In this document: one piece after another, positions 19,071 through 30,230 of the stretch
How positions within the stretch are numbered: the first letter of the stretch is position 1
Layout of the letters: each line of letters begins with the position of its first letter
Virus record (IMG/VR): IMGVR_UViG_3300049811_000081
Location: 1-64,000 of that record
Reading direction: 5' to 3' (one strand)
Length of the DNA: 64,000 nt
Source: a virus
Translations under genes and position numbers: made by a program
Notes under the pieces: model-generated
What the model was told of the DNA's origin: nothing
The model's database searches: none
The model's input: only the letters and a program-made list of their open reading frames with translations

Positions 19071-19457
19071 CTATATGTTTCCATTTTTAACAATTTCAAT
19101 GAGTTTTTTGAGACAAGCTAATCGTGCCTTATCTGTGTCAAAACAATCTTGGGGATTTTCAAAAATCACTCCGTTACGACCAATCCTCCAACTATCAATT
19201 GCGTATTCGATATCGAGAATTTCATTACTGTTACAGATGACATCACGAGAAACATATAGAGAATGTTTATCTTCAAACCATCTGAATGTTTGTTGGTACA
19301 ACGGAGCATCAATATGGGGTGTTCTCGGACGAGCCACCCAGGTCGGGGTGGGGTGTAATTCCATGTCATATCTTGTCCACACCGCAAAACATGGTTCATC
19401 AAATCCCAATTCTTTGAGTTCTAATGCTTCCTGATATGGAACAAATTCTTTATTCAT
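19071..19457 (-). CDS. KEF.PY.EALELKELGFDEPC family protein
   Basis: Same motifs. Confidence 0.75.
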   Translation of the reverse strand: MNKEFVPYQEALELKELGFDEPCFAVWTRYDMELHPTPTWVARPRTPHIDAPLYQQTFRWFEDKHSLYVSRDVICNSNEILDIEYAIDSWRIGRNGVIFENPQDCFDTDKARLACLKKLIEIVKNGNI

Positions 19458-19843
19458 TTCTTGTATTTTACGTTTCCACTCTTTGTTGAGATATCACCAC
19501 CAACATCATTACAATTAACATTACCTGACATTGTTTCCACATCACCACTCACATTACCTGTAATGTCTACATTACCACTTTGGGTCTTGACATAACCAAC
19601 ATCACCATTTATGATTGCCTTATTACAGGCATCAACACTTAACTGAGTAACGTCTCCATCAACATTAATGTTGATTTCTTTGGTGTTGGGAGTGACATCA
19701 ATACCATCAATGATGACCTTTCCGTTCATTACCGAAATACTATTCCCCAAATAAGTGTTTCCATTAATTGTGAATGATGCCATATTGTTTATTTTATGTT
19801 TTCGATTGAATAAGAGTTTTCTACAATATCTTGTGCTCCGCAA
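19454..19843 (-). CDS. Beta-solenoid repeat protein (DUF4097-like)
   Basis: Repeated GDV.T.SGNV units. Confidence 0.6.
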   Translation of the reverse strand: MRSTRYCRKLLFNRKHKINNMASFTINGNTYLGNSISVMNGKVIIDGIDVTPNTKEININVDGDVTQLSVDACNKAIINGDVGYVKTQSGNVDITGNVSGDVETMSGNVNCNDVGGDISTKSGNVKYKK

Positions 19844-20064
19844 GTATGACTATCTGATAGTCTCAGATCCATTTGATGTGATATCATAGTTTTTTGTTCT
19901 TCAACGTGAAGCTTCGCAAATTCGATCGCCAACTTTATTGCATGATTTGCTGAATACAGTCGTTTTCCAGATTTTAAATCATTTTCGATAAATGATTCAG
20001 CATCTTCTTTATTATGTTCCGGATAAACCATTTTTGCAAACAATTCTTTTGCCGTTGGTAACAT
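19789..20064 (-). CDS. PTAEEF..IEFAKLHV family protein
   Basis: MLPTAKEL..AIEFAKLHV..ENIK. Confidence 0.65.
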   Translation of the reverse strand: MLPTAKELFAKMVYPEHNKEDAESFIENDLKSGKRLYSANHAIKLAIEFAKLHVEEQKTMISHQMDLRLSDSHTCGAQDIVENSYSIENIK

Positions 20065-20065
20065 A

Positions 20066-20308
20066 TTACTTAATATTTTCTGGTGGATAAGCGTTTAAAA
20101 TAGATTTTATTTGTTCTTCATTAAACAAAGGAACCACTAACATACCATATGTTGTTCTCTTAGATACAGCTTTTAACGCCTGTTCTGCATGAAGTTTAGC
20201 AAATTCTATTGCGTATTCAGAAACTTGTTTAGGACTCATATCTGAAATTAGTCTTACTCCTATTCTTTTTTTATAAGAATGTAAAAACTCTTCTGCTGTT
20301 GGTACCAT
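20066..20308 (-). CDS. PTAEEF..IEFAKLHV family protein (start refined)
   Basis: MVPTAEEFL..AIEFAKLHA..ENIK. Confidence 0.65.
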   Translation of the reverse strand: MVPTAEEFLHSYKKRIGVRLISDMSPKQVSEYAIEFAKLHAEQALKAVSKRTTYGMLVVPLFNEEQIKSILNAYPPENIK

Positions 20309-20309
20309 G

Positions 20310-20534
20310 TTATTTAATGTTTTCGAGTGGATAAAAATCTTCTTCAACTGATTGACATTCTTCTGTTGTCCAATCCCACATTTCTTTTCCTTCTTCACTA
20401 ATGGTTTTCTTCGCCGCTTGAACATGAAGTTTAGCAAATTCAATTAATCTTTTTTTCTCTGACCATCCTTTTTGTGGATTAGAAAGATTATCTTCTAAAA
20501 ACTCTTCTGCTGTTGGTATCATATTATTCATCAT
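20310..20534 (-). CDS. PTAEEF..IEFAKLHV family protein
   Basis: MIPTAEEFL..IEFAKLHV..ENIK. Confidence 0.65.
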   Translation of the reverse strand: MMNNMIPTAEEFLEDNLSNPQKGWSEKKRLIEFAKLHVQAAKKTISEEGKEMWDWTTEECQSVEEDFYPLENIK

Positions 20535-21067
20535 TTTTAATTACGTGAATGCCATTATGTACTTTAACATGATAGTTTTTTTCATTTTTACCATTTTCTT
20601 TTGAATTTAAAAAATACCCCAACCAACCAAACCATTTGTTAATCCAATTGATTTTTTTTACCAAAGAAACCGAATCTCGATAATCTCTTTCCGTCAATAG
20701 GTTTTCTCCACATTTAGGACATGGTGCATTGACGTAACTACTGATGTCCTCATCAAATTTTTTTGTTTCGTTTGGTATGTTATAATCACAATTCGGATTA
20801 TCACACTCAATTAAAATCTCGTTTTTGACATCAATCAATTTGTATTTCATTTCAAAAGTTTTTTAAGTTCTTCGGTTGATTTGAGATGTAGTTCACGCAG
20901 TACTTGATATCTTTCTTCATCAATACCCCATCCAGATGCACAAACATCATCGTGACCAAACATTTGAAAATATTTTTCTCTCACCGCCATTCGTAATGGA
21001 GAATCGGAACCCATCGGTAATGAATTTCTGTCTACCCCACCAATAATACACATCCAATATTCTTTGC

Positions 21068-21433
21068 TCATAACCCAATTAATTTAAAAGTGTAATAAAG
21101 TTGTACGTAGTGAAGTATTTGATCAAACCCAACTACTACAAATCCATTATGATAATCTTTCTTTTCCCAAAAGGGTTTACCTATTCTACTCGTAACCCAG
21201 TCTGTGATATAGTGAGATACATATGTAATTAAAGTAAAAATAAATGCTGATCTAAGACTATCTTCCAAAGCAAGAATAGTAATAAACCAAATGATGGAAT
21301 ACGTGGATACATGATAGAATAACCAAGTATTCCATAAAGTCCACCCTTCACCTTTACCCATTGCTTGTTCATGTGTCTGCAAACAGAAGTCAGCAAGGAA
21401 GTGTACAACGATAATGATTAAAAAGATATTCAT
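21068..21433 (-). CDS. DUF3307-type membrane protein
   Basis: HFLADFCLQT..H..SHYITD..GFDQILH. Confidence 0.8.
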   Translation of the reverse strand: MNIFLIIIVVHFLADFCLQTHEQAMGKGEGWTLWNTWLFYHVSTYSIIWFITILALEDSLRSAFIFTLITYVSHYITDWVTSRIGKPFWEKKDYHNGFVVVGFDQILHYVQLYYTFKLIGL

Positions 21434-23977
21434 GATTTTTATTTTGATTTATATAATTCACACATCCCATGTTTGTGATCAAAAAACACGGCGAGATCCG
21501 CAAAACTTGCTAATGTAGGACCCAAACACACATATCCCATTTGTTCTTTTACCGAACCAATCCCTATCTCCTTATTTTTAGGATGTTTCATTAATGGTAC
21601 TAGGTATTTACAGTTGCAACAACAAGTACCGTCTTTATATCCTTTATCACATTTTGTTGACATAATTTATTTTTTATCTGGTAAAGAAGCAATGAAGAAC
21701 ATCAACCCAAATCCAACCGTCATAACAACCCTGTATAGTTCGGGAGGATTACCTTTCACCGCACTTAAAGCATACATACCACAAGTAAATGCTGATAGAT
21801 GACTAAATATCCTACATAACCATTTTGGGAAGTTCGAGATCACAGTTTTTCAATTTTAAAGTTTTTTGATATTTGTTCGCTGACTTGTATTAAACATTCG
21901 TTATGATGCTTGAGATATTTGTACATTCCGTCTTCCTTATCTTTAATCAAATCATTGATATTTTTTTCAAGTGCGTACATATGGCAATTTTTTAAGGCAT
22001 CGCATATTGTTTCTCTTTTGTAATGTTCATCAACATCGTCACCTTTACCATATAGACCTTCCGGTATTTCTTTGAATATGGTTTCGAAATCCAAATCCAA
22101 TTCGATTGTTACCCTATATTTGCTCATAACTTATTTTTATTATATGATCTGGCGAAATCAGATACGGCTATGAAGACAGCTTCTTTTTTAGTTTTACCAA
22201 CAACTTCAGATACATAATCTTCATCGGGAGTTGTACAAATTTCTACACAATTTCCAAAAATGTCAATTTCATATTTTTTATTTTCAATAAACTCAACGGC
22301 GTTCATAAGATAGTTCCAATCTGAATGAAATTTCAGATCATTATTGGATCTACCTATATAATGTTCTTTAATCGGGATCATTGGATGAACCCTTTTGGGT
22401 ATTGCTGACCACCAACCAGCTTTAATATGTTTACCATATTTTTCTTCCTTGGCTTCTTGCCAAGTTACGTATTTGTAACCAAGCATTTTAGCTATCTCAA
22501 TATTGCGTTCCGATTGTGTCATTTCTTAATGTTTTTGAATACCTACCTACATATCCTTTATTGTATACGTGTTTGCACGATTTATCTATTTTCACAAAGT
22601 ATCTTCGACGTAATCTTCTTATGAACCCACGATATTTCCTTATTCGTTTAATGTATTTTCCGATATTTGATTGTTCCGTGTTCATATAAACAGATTTAAT
22701 CTATTCACAATGAATTCAGCAAATGTATCTTGGACATTTGCCGCCTCTTCCGAGGAAAGTCTGTGAGCACCAGATCCTGTTAAATTACCCCAACCTCGAA
22801 TAGTAATAACGTGGGTTGCTCCGCAGGATATCCTACCTTCATCATGAACAAAAGCTTCTCCAAATGAGACCATTAAGTTTTCACCATTTAATATGTCAAT
22901 GATGGTCTGTTCAAATTGCAACCACCCCTCTTTGTATTTTCCGTTCTCAAATTGTGGTTCGAATTGAAATACAAAATTGTAATTTGTATCATTTACTCGA
23001 TGATAATTATTCCTTAATGGAAAACGGTATATGTCTGTATATGTCATAAATCAGAATTTTTCAATCCATATTTCACCCGTCCAGATATTATAGTACTGGT
23101 GTTCTCTTGTCTGCCAGTTCGTTCCTATCCTGTGTTTAAAGGATGACTTTATCTTGTTCCAAAAATATTTAATGACTTTCATGATAGTTTATTTTAATCT
23201 GTCTCTTACTGTTTCCAAATTTTTGATGAGTTTTTCAACCTCACCTAATGTTAAAACCGCAGTATCACCTCTTTGTAGATTAAGGTTTAAACGACAAACC
23301 CTAATGGGTTCGTTTTTATCCTGATCTTCTGTTGTCCATGAAATCACTATTTCACCAGAAGCAAAAGTTTCATCATCACAAGAACTGATCAGTTTTTTGG
23401 TATAATTCATAATACTTTTTTTTGTGACTTCATTGTAACGACCAGTATGTTTGAAATGACATAGACCAGAAGAACTAATATGGCTTTTTATTGCCTTTTT
23501 CATAATGATTTATTTTGAATAACGTAATCACACCAATGTCCCCAAAAATGTTTTAAATACGTTACATCAAAATGTTCACGTATTTCTTGAATGTGAGGAT
23601 CGTTTATTGCGGTTCTTAAGATCCATCTTTCATTATCATAAAACAAAACATACCACCCAAAATTCAACGGAATTCCATTATGCCGAGAGTATTTAAATCC
23701 TTCCGGAAATTTAGATGTTATGGATTTCTATTTGAGTTTCATTTGCAACAAAATGAGAATAGGGGTATGTTTCATTGGTAATGGGGATATCAGGTTCAAC
23801 GATATAGGTATATCCTATCACAGGTAATGTAGATAATGCAACACCAACTATCATTCCCGTACCCCTCGTTTTTCCATCAAGATTAAAACCTATTCTTGTC
23901 CCCTGAGTTAGTTTTTCTTTCATAGATAAATTATTTTTATAAAGATAATTCAATTATACGAATTTGCCAAATTTTTT

Positions 23978-24196
23978 TTATGTTTTTTGGATTAAAGTTT
24001 TGACATCCTCACTTCCGTAAAGTTCAATCAATCTGACAATTAATTCTTTACTATCTGTTACGGCACCCAAGACTAATTCATAAAGTCTTGATTTCAATTC
24101 TTCTTCGGTATCCGCAACTGCGGAACATTCAGGGAACTCCTTGAAATATCCCCACCAATAATTGGTTCTTGGATCGTATTCACTAAACAATGTCAT
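23978..24196 (-). CDS. HicB-like antitoxin domain (orphan)
   Basis: YWWGYFKEFPECSAVADTEEELKSRLYE matches the HicB N-terminal pattern. Confidence 0.55.
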   Translation of the reverse strand: MTLFSEYDPRTNYWWGYFKEFPECSAVADTEEELKSRLYELVLGAVTDSKELIVRLIELYGSEDVKTLIQKT

Positions 24197-24420
24197 GATG
24201 TAAATTTTTTAATCAAAATATCCTTTTTCGTGTAATCGAATATACGCTTCACAGTCCGAAATGGATCCCTGAAAAACGGATTCCCAGTATTCATCATCGT
24301 AATCATACACTTTCTCCAACACTTCGTATGTGTTGTCAATGAAAAATCTGACTTTGTATTTTCGTGTTTCCATTTGTCTAAGATAATAAATTATTTTCCA
24401 TATTACAAATATAAATTTAA

Positions 24421-25002
24421 TTATGTTATAACAAGAAATGCTTCCCAAACTCTGGCAGCTTCATCTGGTGTATCGAACCTAAATTCCGCAAAAAAGTTAT
24501 CATCTCTACTTGACGGCATGGGTTCATATTCAAATGTCCCCGTGATCTTAGAGAAAACCAAACCACCTTTACGGATAGCCCATTTAACTGGTTTGTTTCC
24601 ATCTTTTTCATCATACATAGTTGCATCAATAGTTATCCATTGACCATGTGCATCATCAAACACTAGACCATATGAGAGTACTGTTTCTGGTTTCATTTTT
24701 TGTGGTTCTAAAACAAAACAATGAAAAACTAAATTACCGTCACCAATTTGAAACGAACCCACAAACGATCTGTGTTTGTTTTCGTGTATTGGATGTCCAG
24801 TACCAAAAATTTCAAAAGTCACATCCATTGTTGGTGAGTTTGGATCAACCAAGACCCAAATATATGGATTATCAAATTGTACATCAATAGTCAATATCTC
24901 ATATCCTTTTGGAAGTGAGATCTCTTGATAATCGGTTACCTTTAGAGAATATTTAAAAATTTTTTTGGTCATATCTTTATTTTTATTCTTTTGGTTTCCC
25001 AA
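24421..25002 (-). CDS. Two-domain phage hypothetical protein
   Basis: KIFKY.L..IFGTGH..LVFH domain fused to a KWAIR..FEYEPMPSSRDD domain. Confidence 0.5.
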   Translation of the reverse strand: MGNQKNKNKDMTKKIFKYSLKVTDYQEISLPKGYEILTIDVQFDNPYIWVLVDPNSPTMDVTFEIFGTGHPIHENKHRSFVGSFQIGDGNLVFHCFVLEPQKMKPETVLSYGLVFDDAHGQWITIDATMYDEKDGNKPVKWAIRKGGLVFSKITGTFEYEPMPSSRDDNFFAEFRFDTPDEAARVWEAFLVIT

Positions 25003-25293
25003 TCTTTTTCACCAATTATTTTAGCATCTGAATAAACTCTATTGGTTGGGTTAACTACACTATATAATCGATAATGTGGTTTATCTGAGTAATAAGATTT
25101 TGCTGACATCACGGGGAAATCTTTTGTTTCTTCCATTACAACAACATGGTGCATGTAATGAATTTTCTTTTTTGTTCTAAAATGAAACACCCTTAATAAA
25201 TCACCGGGTAATATTTCTTTTCCCGTTTGATCGAAGTATAGATTACTTTTCCTTTCATCTACTGTCATAATAGCGGTTTAATGTTTACATGAT

Positions 25294-25710
25294 TTACCAA
25301 CTACGATGGTCTTCATGGATACTTTCGATACCATCATAGTCATCAATATACCAATTAACGACATCATCAGGTATTTCGACAATCTCTAATTTAGACAAAT
25401 ACCCACTGGACTTCTCAACACCTAATTCCTCAACAACTTTAATTAAATCTAGATCATTTCTTTCAATGTTGTTGTAATAAAAATAATCCTCCTTAAATAC
25501 TTCCCAATCTTCTTCCAAATTTTCACCATAATCTTTAGTCAAAGATATATCGTGACTATCGGCATCAGATAACTCTACCTTAACCAATAAATGTTTATCA
25601 TAATCCTTTTTATAAAAGAAACAATCTTTACCTTTTAACTTAAGGTATTCTTTTATGGCAATCGGAGATAAACCAAAACCTCCATAACATTTATTTAGAA
25701 CTATTTTCAT
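25294..25710 (-). CDS. Conserved phage hypothetical protein
   Basis: KIVLNKCYGGFGLS..VVEELG..IVEIPDD..YDGIE. Confidence 0.6.
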   Translation of the reverse strand: MKIVLNKCYGGFGLSPIAIKEYLKLKGKDCFFYKKDYDKHLLVKVELSDADSHDISLTKDYGENLEEDWEVFKEDYFYYNNIERNDLDLIKVVEELGVEKSSGYLSKLEIVEIPDDVVNWYIDDYDGIESIHEDHRSW

Positions 25711-25897
25711 TTTTTTCTTTTAGTTTTTGAAATTCAATTGGTGATAATTTGGAATGTTCTTCGCAAGAGGAATATCCAAATCGTGGCTCAATTTCCGCAG
25801 GTAATTCTCCACAAATTTCACACGGTTTTTCCGTTGGGTAACCGAAGTTAAACGGTTCAACAAGATCAAATCTTGTTCTTGTAAGTTTTTTCTTCAT
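25691..25897 (-). CDS. Small Zn-ribbon protein
   Basis: CEICG..CEEH; N-terminus KKLTRTRFDL shared with the neighbouring gene. Confidence 0.5.
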   Translation of the reverse strand: MKKKLTRTRFDLVEPFNFGYPTEKPCEICGELPAEIEPRFGYSSCEEHSKLSPIEFQKLKEKNENSSK

Positions 25898-26123
25898 TTA
25901 AATTATTTTTAACCCAATCCATCACATAAATTGTTGCTCCACCTCCACAAGTACCGCATTGATATTGATCGTCACTATGGATAATATTCTCACATTCTGG
26001 ACAATCAATTGTTAAATGTTTTATTCTGTCAATTATTTCATTTCTGATATAATCAATATCTAAATCGGGACGATCATCAAGATTGGCAAGATCAAATCTT
26101 GTTCTTGTAAGTTTTTTATTCAT
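25866..26123 (-). CDS. Small Zn-ribbon protein
   Basis: CPEC..CGTCGG. Confidence 0.5.
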   Translation of the reverse strand: MNKKLTRTRFDLANLDDRPDLDIDYIRNEIIDRIKHLTIDCPECENIIHSDDQYQCGTCGGGATIYVMDWVKNNLNEEKTYKNKI

Positions 26124-26329
26124 TTCAATTCCATTTAAATGGGTTTGTATGATCTGTTTCTTTCCACAATCCGACGAAACCGAACATTAGTAGCCCAACG
26201 ATTAGAAAGATCACCAATGCGATATAACTAAGAGGGTTATATGGGTTAAGTCTTCTTGCGGTAAAGTATCCCCTTCCAAGTTTTGGGTTTCGATTTTTAT
26301 TTGAAACCTCTTGAATGACGTATATAAAT

Positions 26330-26677
26330 TTAAGAAATTTTCTCATTCAATTTTCTATTTTTGAAATGTTCTATTATACTTTTTTCCATAAAAATAAACG
26401 CATCGATATCACGGATATTGAAGATATTTAAATCAAGCCGTTCACAAACTTGTTTTGTTATAAATCTTTGTGTTTCTTCCCATGTCATATTAAATTCCTC
26501 AAGAAAAACATCAAAAACATTTTTTCTAGAACATGCTATTTGAAAATATTGATGAAGGAAAATTTCAAAATAGAGTTCTTTATTTTTAAATAAAAAAACA
26601 AATTCTGGATATCTATCGAAATCCATTTTGGCATGCAGACCTGACCATATTTCATTAAATCGTTCTTGTTTCGTCAT
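26330..26677 (-). CDS. FNEIWSGL family protein (start refined)
   Basis: MTKQERFNEIWSGL..DFDRYP..FLFK. Confidence 0.6.
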   Translation of the reverse strand: MTKQERFNEIWSGLHAKMDFDRYPEFVFLFKNKELYFEIFLHQYFQIACSRKNVFDVFLEEFNMTWEETQRFITKQVCERLDLNIFNIRDIDAFIFMEKSIIEHFKNRKLNEKIS

Positions 26678-26972
26678 TAAAATATTTTTCAGCATGAAGA
26701 ATACTGTCCTTACCACAAGGATATGGCTTAATATTTTTAATACCTAAACGTTGTTGTACTTGATCTTTTATAAAGTATTTAAATTTAAGATCTTCCATAT
26801 TAAAAATTTTGGAGACATTATCATCTGAATATGATAAGTACCGACTTTTTAAATTAAGTCCAAAATAGTATTTATTTTTTTTAAAAAAAAACACTTTATT
26901 TGGAGCAACATTAAAATCTAATTTAATTATTAACCCTAACCACATTTCGTTAAATTTTTCTTCCTTTGACAT
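26655..26972 (-). CDS. FNEIWSGL family protein (start refined)
   Basis: MSKEEKFNEMWLGL..DF..FFFK. Confidence 0.6.
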   Translation of the reverse strand: MSKEEKFNEMWLGLIIKLDFNVAPNKVFFFKKNKYYFGLNLKSRYLSYSDDNVSKIFNMEDLKFKYFIKDQVQQRLGIKNIKPYPCGKDSILHAEKYFNDETRTI

Positions 26973-28345
26973 TTTTTGCTTTTTTACGCAGATCATTCGG
27001 TAATTGATAAACCGTTATCAATGTATTCTTATTGAAAAGATAAATGACCTCCCCATGAATTTTAACATTATTGGCGGTCTTATAATCAAACCATATTTTG
27101 GTGATGTATTTATTCAAACCCCCTTTGGTATCCTTATGGGATATCCCAATTGAAAATGCCTTTTGTGCCATTTTATCCAAAACCTTTTCCGTCCAACTCA
27201 ACCTTTCTTTTGCTCTTTCGTAAGCATGTTTGGTGATGACAACCTCCAAGTCAATATTTAATTGTTCAGACATTTTTTAATGATTAGAATGTTTCTAAAA
27301 GTTTTTCTAATTCTGATAAGATAATATACTTGATTTCGTAATCCGTACTATTACCATAGTATTCATATTGTGTTTCATTATTTGTATGAATTAGTTTGTT
27401 TACCATCTTATATTGAAGATATGTGATATTTGGTTTTAACTCCATCAAAACCAAATCCAAAACTTCAAACTCGACGGTTTCCGTATTTATGTATGGTTCG
27501 GGTTCAGTACCCCAACAAGATCCCCCACTCATCCCACCAATGTCTTTACGCATGTAAATTACAGGTTCTTTAATGTGGACGGGTATACCATATGGTTCAA
27601 CAAATATCCCTTGTTCGTATGGACATTTATCGTTTATCTTCTTAATTGTTTCTTTATCCATATCGTTTTTTTTATTTGAATTCTTCAACATCGTACTCAA
27701 TCCTAAATCCTTCGTATTCGTAATCTTCTCTACTATACGATACCCTATACGCTAATTCGGGATCATTTTCATTTACCGCTCTTTCCACTTCTTCCAATAA
27801 TTTGAGTTCCTTCATTTCACTCTTAAGACGTTTTTCATTGTTCTCGATTTCCTCATCGATTAATTTAATTTTTGGGGAAACACTTTTTAGCAACTCAAGT
27901 TTATCCTGAATTTTTACAATACTTTCTTTAATCACTTCTTTATATGAATACCAACCGTCCGCATATCTATTCTTCATGACATGAAGAAAGCATTTCTTTT
28001 CACCTTCTTTACTACCCACAATAAAACTAAAAATCCCGTGTTTTTCCTCGAAAGTAATAACAGCGGGGTAGTTCTTTTCTTTCATGATAATTGATTTATG
28101 TAAAATTATAATATTTTCATAATATCACAAAATATAATTTTATGTCTTTTTTATATCATTTTCTAATTGATTTATATACCTGTGTAGTTTGGAAATAGAT
28201 CTCGACCTTCTGTTTTTCAAATCAACGAGGTCATTAATTCTGGCATCAATGAAGTTAATTATGTTGTTATGTTTTTCAATGTCTTTCCAACATCTCTCTA
28301 TTTGTTCCTGCGTTTCTATTAAAGTTCTGGTCTTTTTCATGTGAA

Positions 28346-28735
28346 TTAAATTACATTATATTCCCAACCCAATTCATTTAAACGAGATAAACTACCCCAA
28401 CGTAGTTCAGCCATTTTTGGATCCGTATGATAAAGATTAAAGGACCCATCTTCGTATTTTATAAAATATTTTTTATCGGCATACACAACATAAATTATAT
28501 CATTCTCATAAACTTCGGTTCCTTTACTGTCTTTAAATCCTGTAAATTGACCCAAAGTGTCGGGATCGATTTGATATCTCTTATCTAGATATCCCCCAAA
28601 TATTGGTTCCCATTCATGATTAACGATATAGTGGTGATCATTAATGGGATTTTTGTTTAATGGATACATATAATAATATCCATATACCCATTCTTCATTA
28701 TCTATTCTTTTTCCTCTGAACTTAATTGTTCTCAT
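28346..28735 (-). CDS. YopX family protein
   Basis: MRTIKFRGKR..WVYG..GQFTG.KD..G.E.YE.DI. Confidence 0.85.
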   Translation of the reverse strand: MRTIKFRGKRIDNEEWVYGYYYMYPLNKNPINDHHYIVNHEWEPIFGGYLDKRYQIDPDTLGQFTGFKDSKGTEVYENDIIYVVYADKKYFIKYEDGSFNLYHTDPKMAELRWGSLSRLNELGWEYNVI

Positions 28736-29228
28736 TGATTAATTCATTTATTGATTTTGGAATTAAAGTTGATTTAAGATACAACGGATGACAGGGGTTA
28801 CCATCTTTTGTTACCTTGAGAGCCTTCCAATCATCGTCAAAGAAATTCGGGGAAAAATCTTTAATAATGGGGTTACCATATGCCAAAATATATTCTTGAC
28901 ATAAAGATTTCATCCTATATGTGTGAGAAATATTTTCTGCTGGACATATCTCCGAAAAATCTTTTTTTAATAGTTGGTCTGGATTTGTTGATCTGTATGG
29001 AAATAAATTACCAACATATACCCCACCATATCCCCATGATTTCGAAAAAGAAATTACTCTCCGTATTGTTGGATCATCGTAGTTTTCATCTGCGGTAGAT
29101 GGATTGTGCATAATCCATAATACCAGTGGTTTTGTCTCATCCCATATTCTCCATAATTGAAATCTATACCTACCACATTCAGATATAACAGCACCCTTCT
29201 TCACGTATTCATTTATATGAACTCCCAT
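28722..29228 (-). CDS. DUF1643 family protein
   Basis: S.CGRYR..L.RIW..IMHNPSTAD..DDPTIRR..NLF..P.HPLY. Confidence 0.85.
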   Translation of the reverse strand: MGVHINEYVKKGAVISECGRYRFQLWRIWDETKPLVLWIMHNPSTADENYDDPTIRRVISFSKSWGYGGVYVGNLFPYRSTNPDQLLKKDFSEICPAENISHTYRMKSLCQEYILAYGNPIIKDFSPNFFDDDWKALKVTKDGNPCHPLYLKSTLIPKSINELINENN

Positions 29229-29450
29229 AATTTTTTATTTTATGACGATTATCAAGTATGTGGTCTTCTAATGAAATTCCAAGATAAAAATCTTTACTCA
29301 AATAATTATTTAAGATTTCAACCATTATTTTCATACCTACTTCACATCCATGTCTCTTACCCTTATATGTCAAATAATTTTCAGCATTTACTGGTGCGTT
29401 TTCTTCTGAATATATTTTTTCAGAAAGGTCTTTTAAAATTCGATCCATGT

Positions 29451-29741
29451 TCATAAAACTTCAATTACTTTTCCATAAACTTGTTTCGTCCAACCGTTGA
29501 TATGTCCTTTGTTATTTCCTATCAACAGTCCTTTATCGTTGTTTTTTGCAACAACCAAGTGGGTGTAAAATTTCCCCTTCACCTTACAGTAGACTATATC
29601 CCCTTCTTTGCATTCCTCCCAAGTGATTGGTTGTAATTTATGGTCTTGACCTGATTTAATAAGGGGAACCATTGAGTTTCCCTTTTCACTTGTTACAAAC
29701 GTTTCTCCGCTTTGTAACTTTTCTAATTTATAATTCTTCAT
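29451..29741 (-). CDS. Peptidase S24/S26-like domain protein
   Basis: GNSMVPLIKSG..GDIV..HLV..YGKV. Confidence 0.6.
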   Translation of the reverse strand: MKNYKLEKLQSGETFVTSEKGNSMVPLIKSGQDHKLQPITWEECKEGDIVYCKVKGKFYTHLVVAKNNDKGLLIGNNKGHINGWTKQVYGKVIEVL

Positions 29742-29747
29742 ACAATA

Positions 29748-30230
29748 TTATTTTTTTTGACATTTATAGTATTTTTCCTTGAGGGACCAAATTCTCATAC
29801 AACCTAATTGAAAAAATTTCTTTACGGTTTTATCATCTGGTCTTTTTTTATCTGGATTATGCTTAACAATTCGTTCCCATCTTGCTCGATATCCAATAGG
29901 TGTGTCTCTTACGGAGATAATACCACAATTTTTAGGTATTAGATTTCCGTGGGAATTATACAACTCTATCGGCATGGCATAAATTAATCTAGAAATGATC
30001 TCTGAAACGTGATTATGTTTTTTCTTAAAGTCGGCTTTTAAATCAGACACCGACGTTTTTATCTCAACCTCAGTAAATCTTCCCTTGTTATCGAGTATCA
30101 ACATATCACATTCATGTTTCAATCCAAGACCCCAACTAACGTTGGGCACGATTGTGTGTATTCGATAATTAATAAGTTTTGCAACCGCAACTTCTATGTG
30201 TCCACTATGCATTATGTAATCTCCATCCAA
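29748..30230 (-). CDS. PD-(D/E)XK nuclease-like protein (MmcB-like)
   Basis: ECDML..EVEIKTSVSDLKADFKK..P..CGII. Confidence 0.65.
   Translation of the reverse strand: MDGDYIMHSGHIEVAVAKLINYRIHTIVPNVSWGLGLKHECDMLILDNKGRFTEVEIKTSVSDLKADFKKKHNHVSEIISRLIYAMPIELYNSHGNLIPKNCGIISVRDTPIGYRARWERIVKHNPDKKRPDDKTVKKFFQLGCMRIWSLKEKYYKCQKK

Noticed and set aside
26950-27273. RelE-like toxin call for the ITKHAYER protein
   Set aside because: Only a short HA.ER motif supports it; not enough without a profile search.
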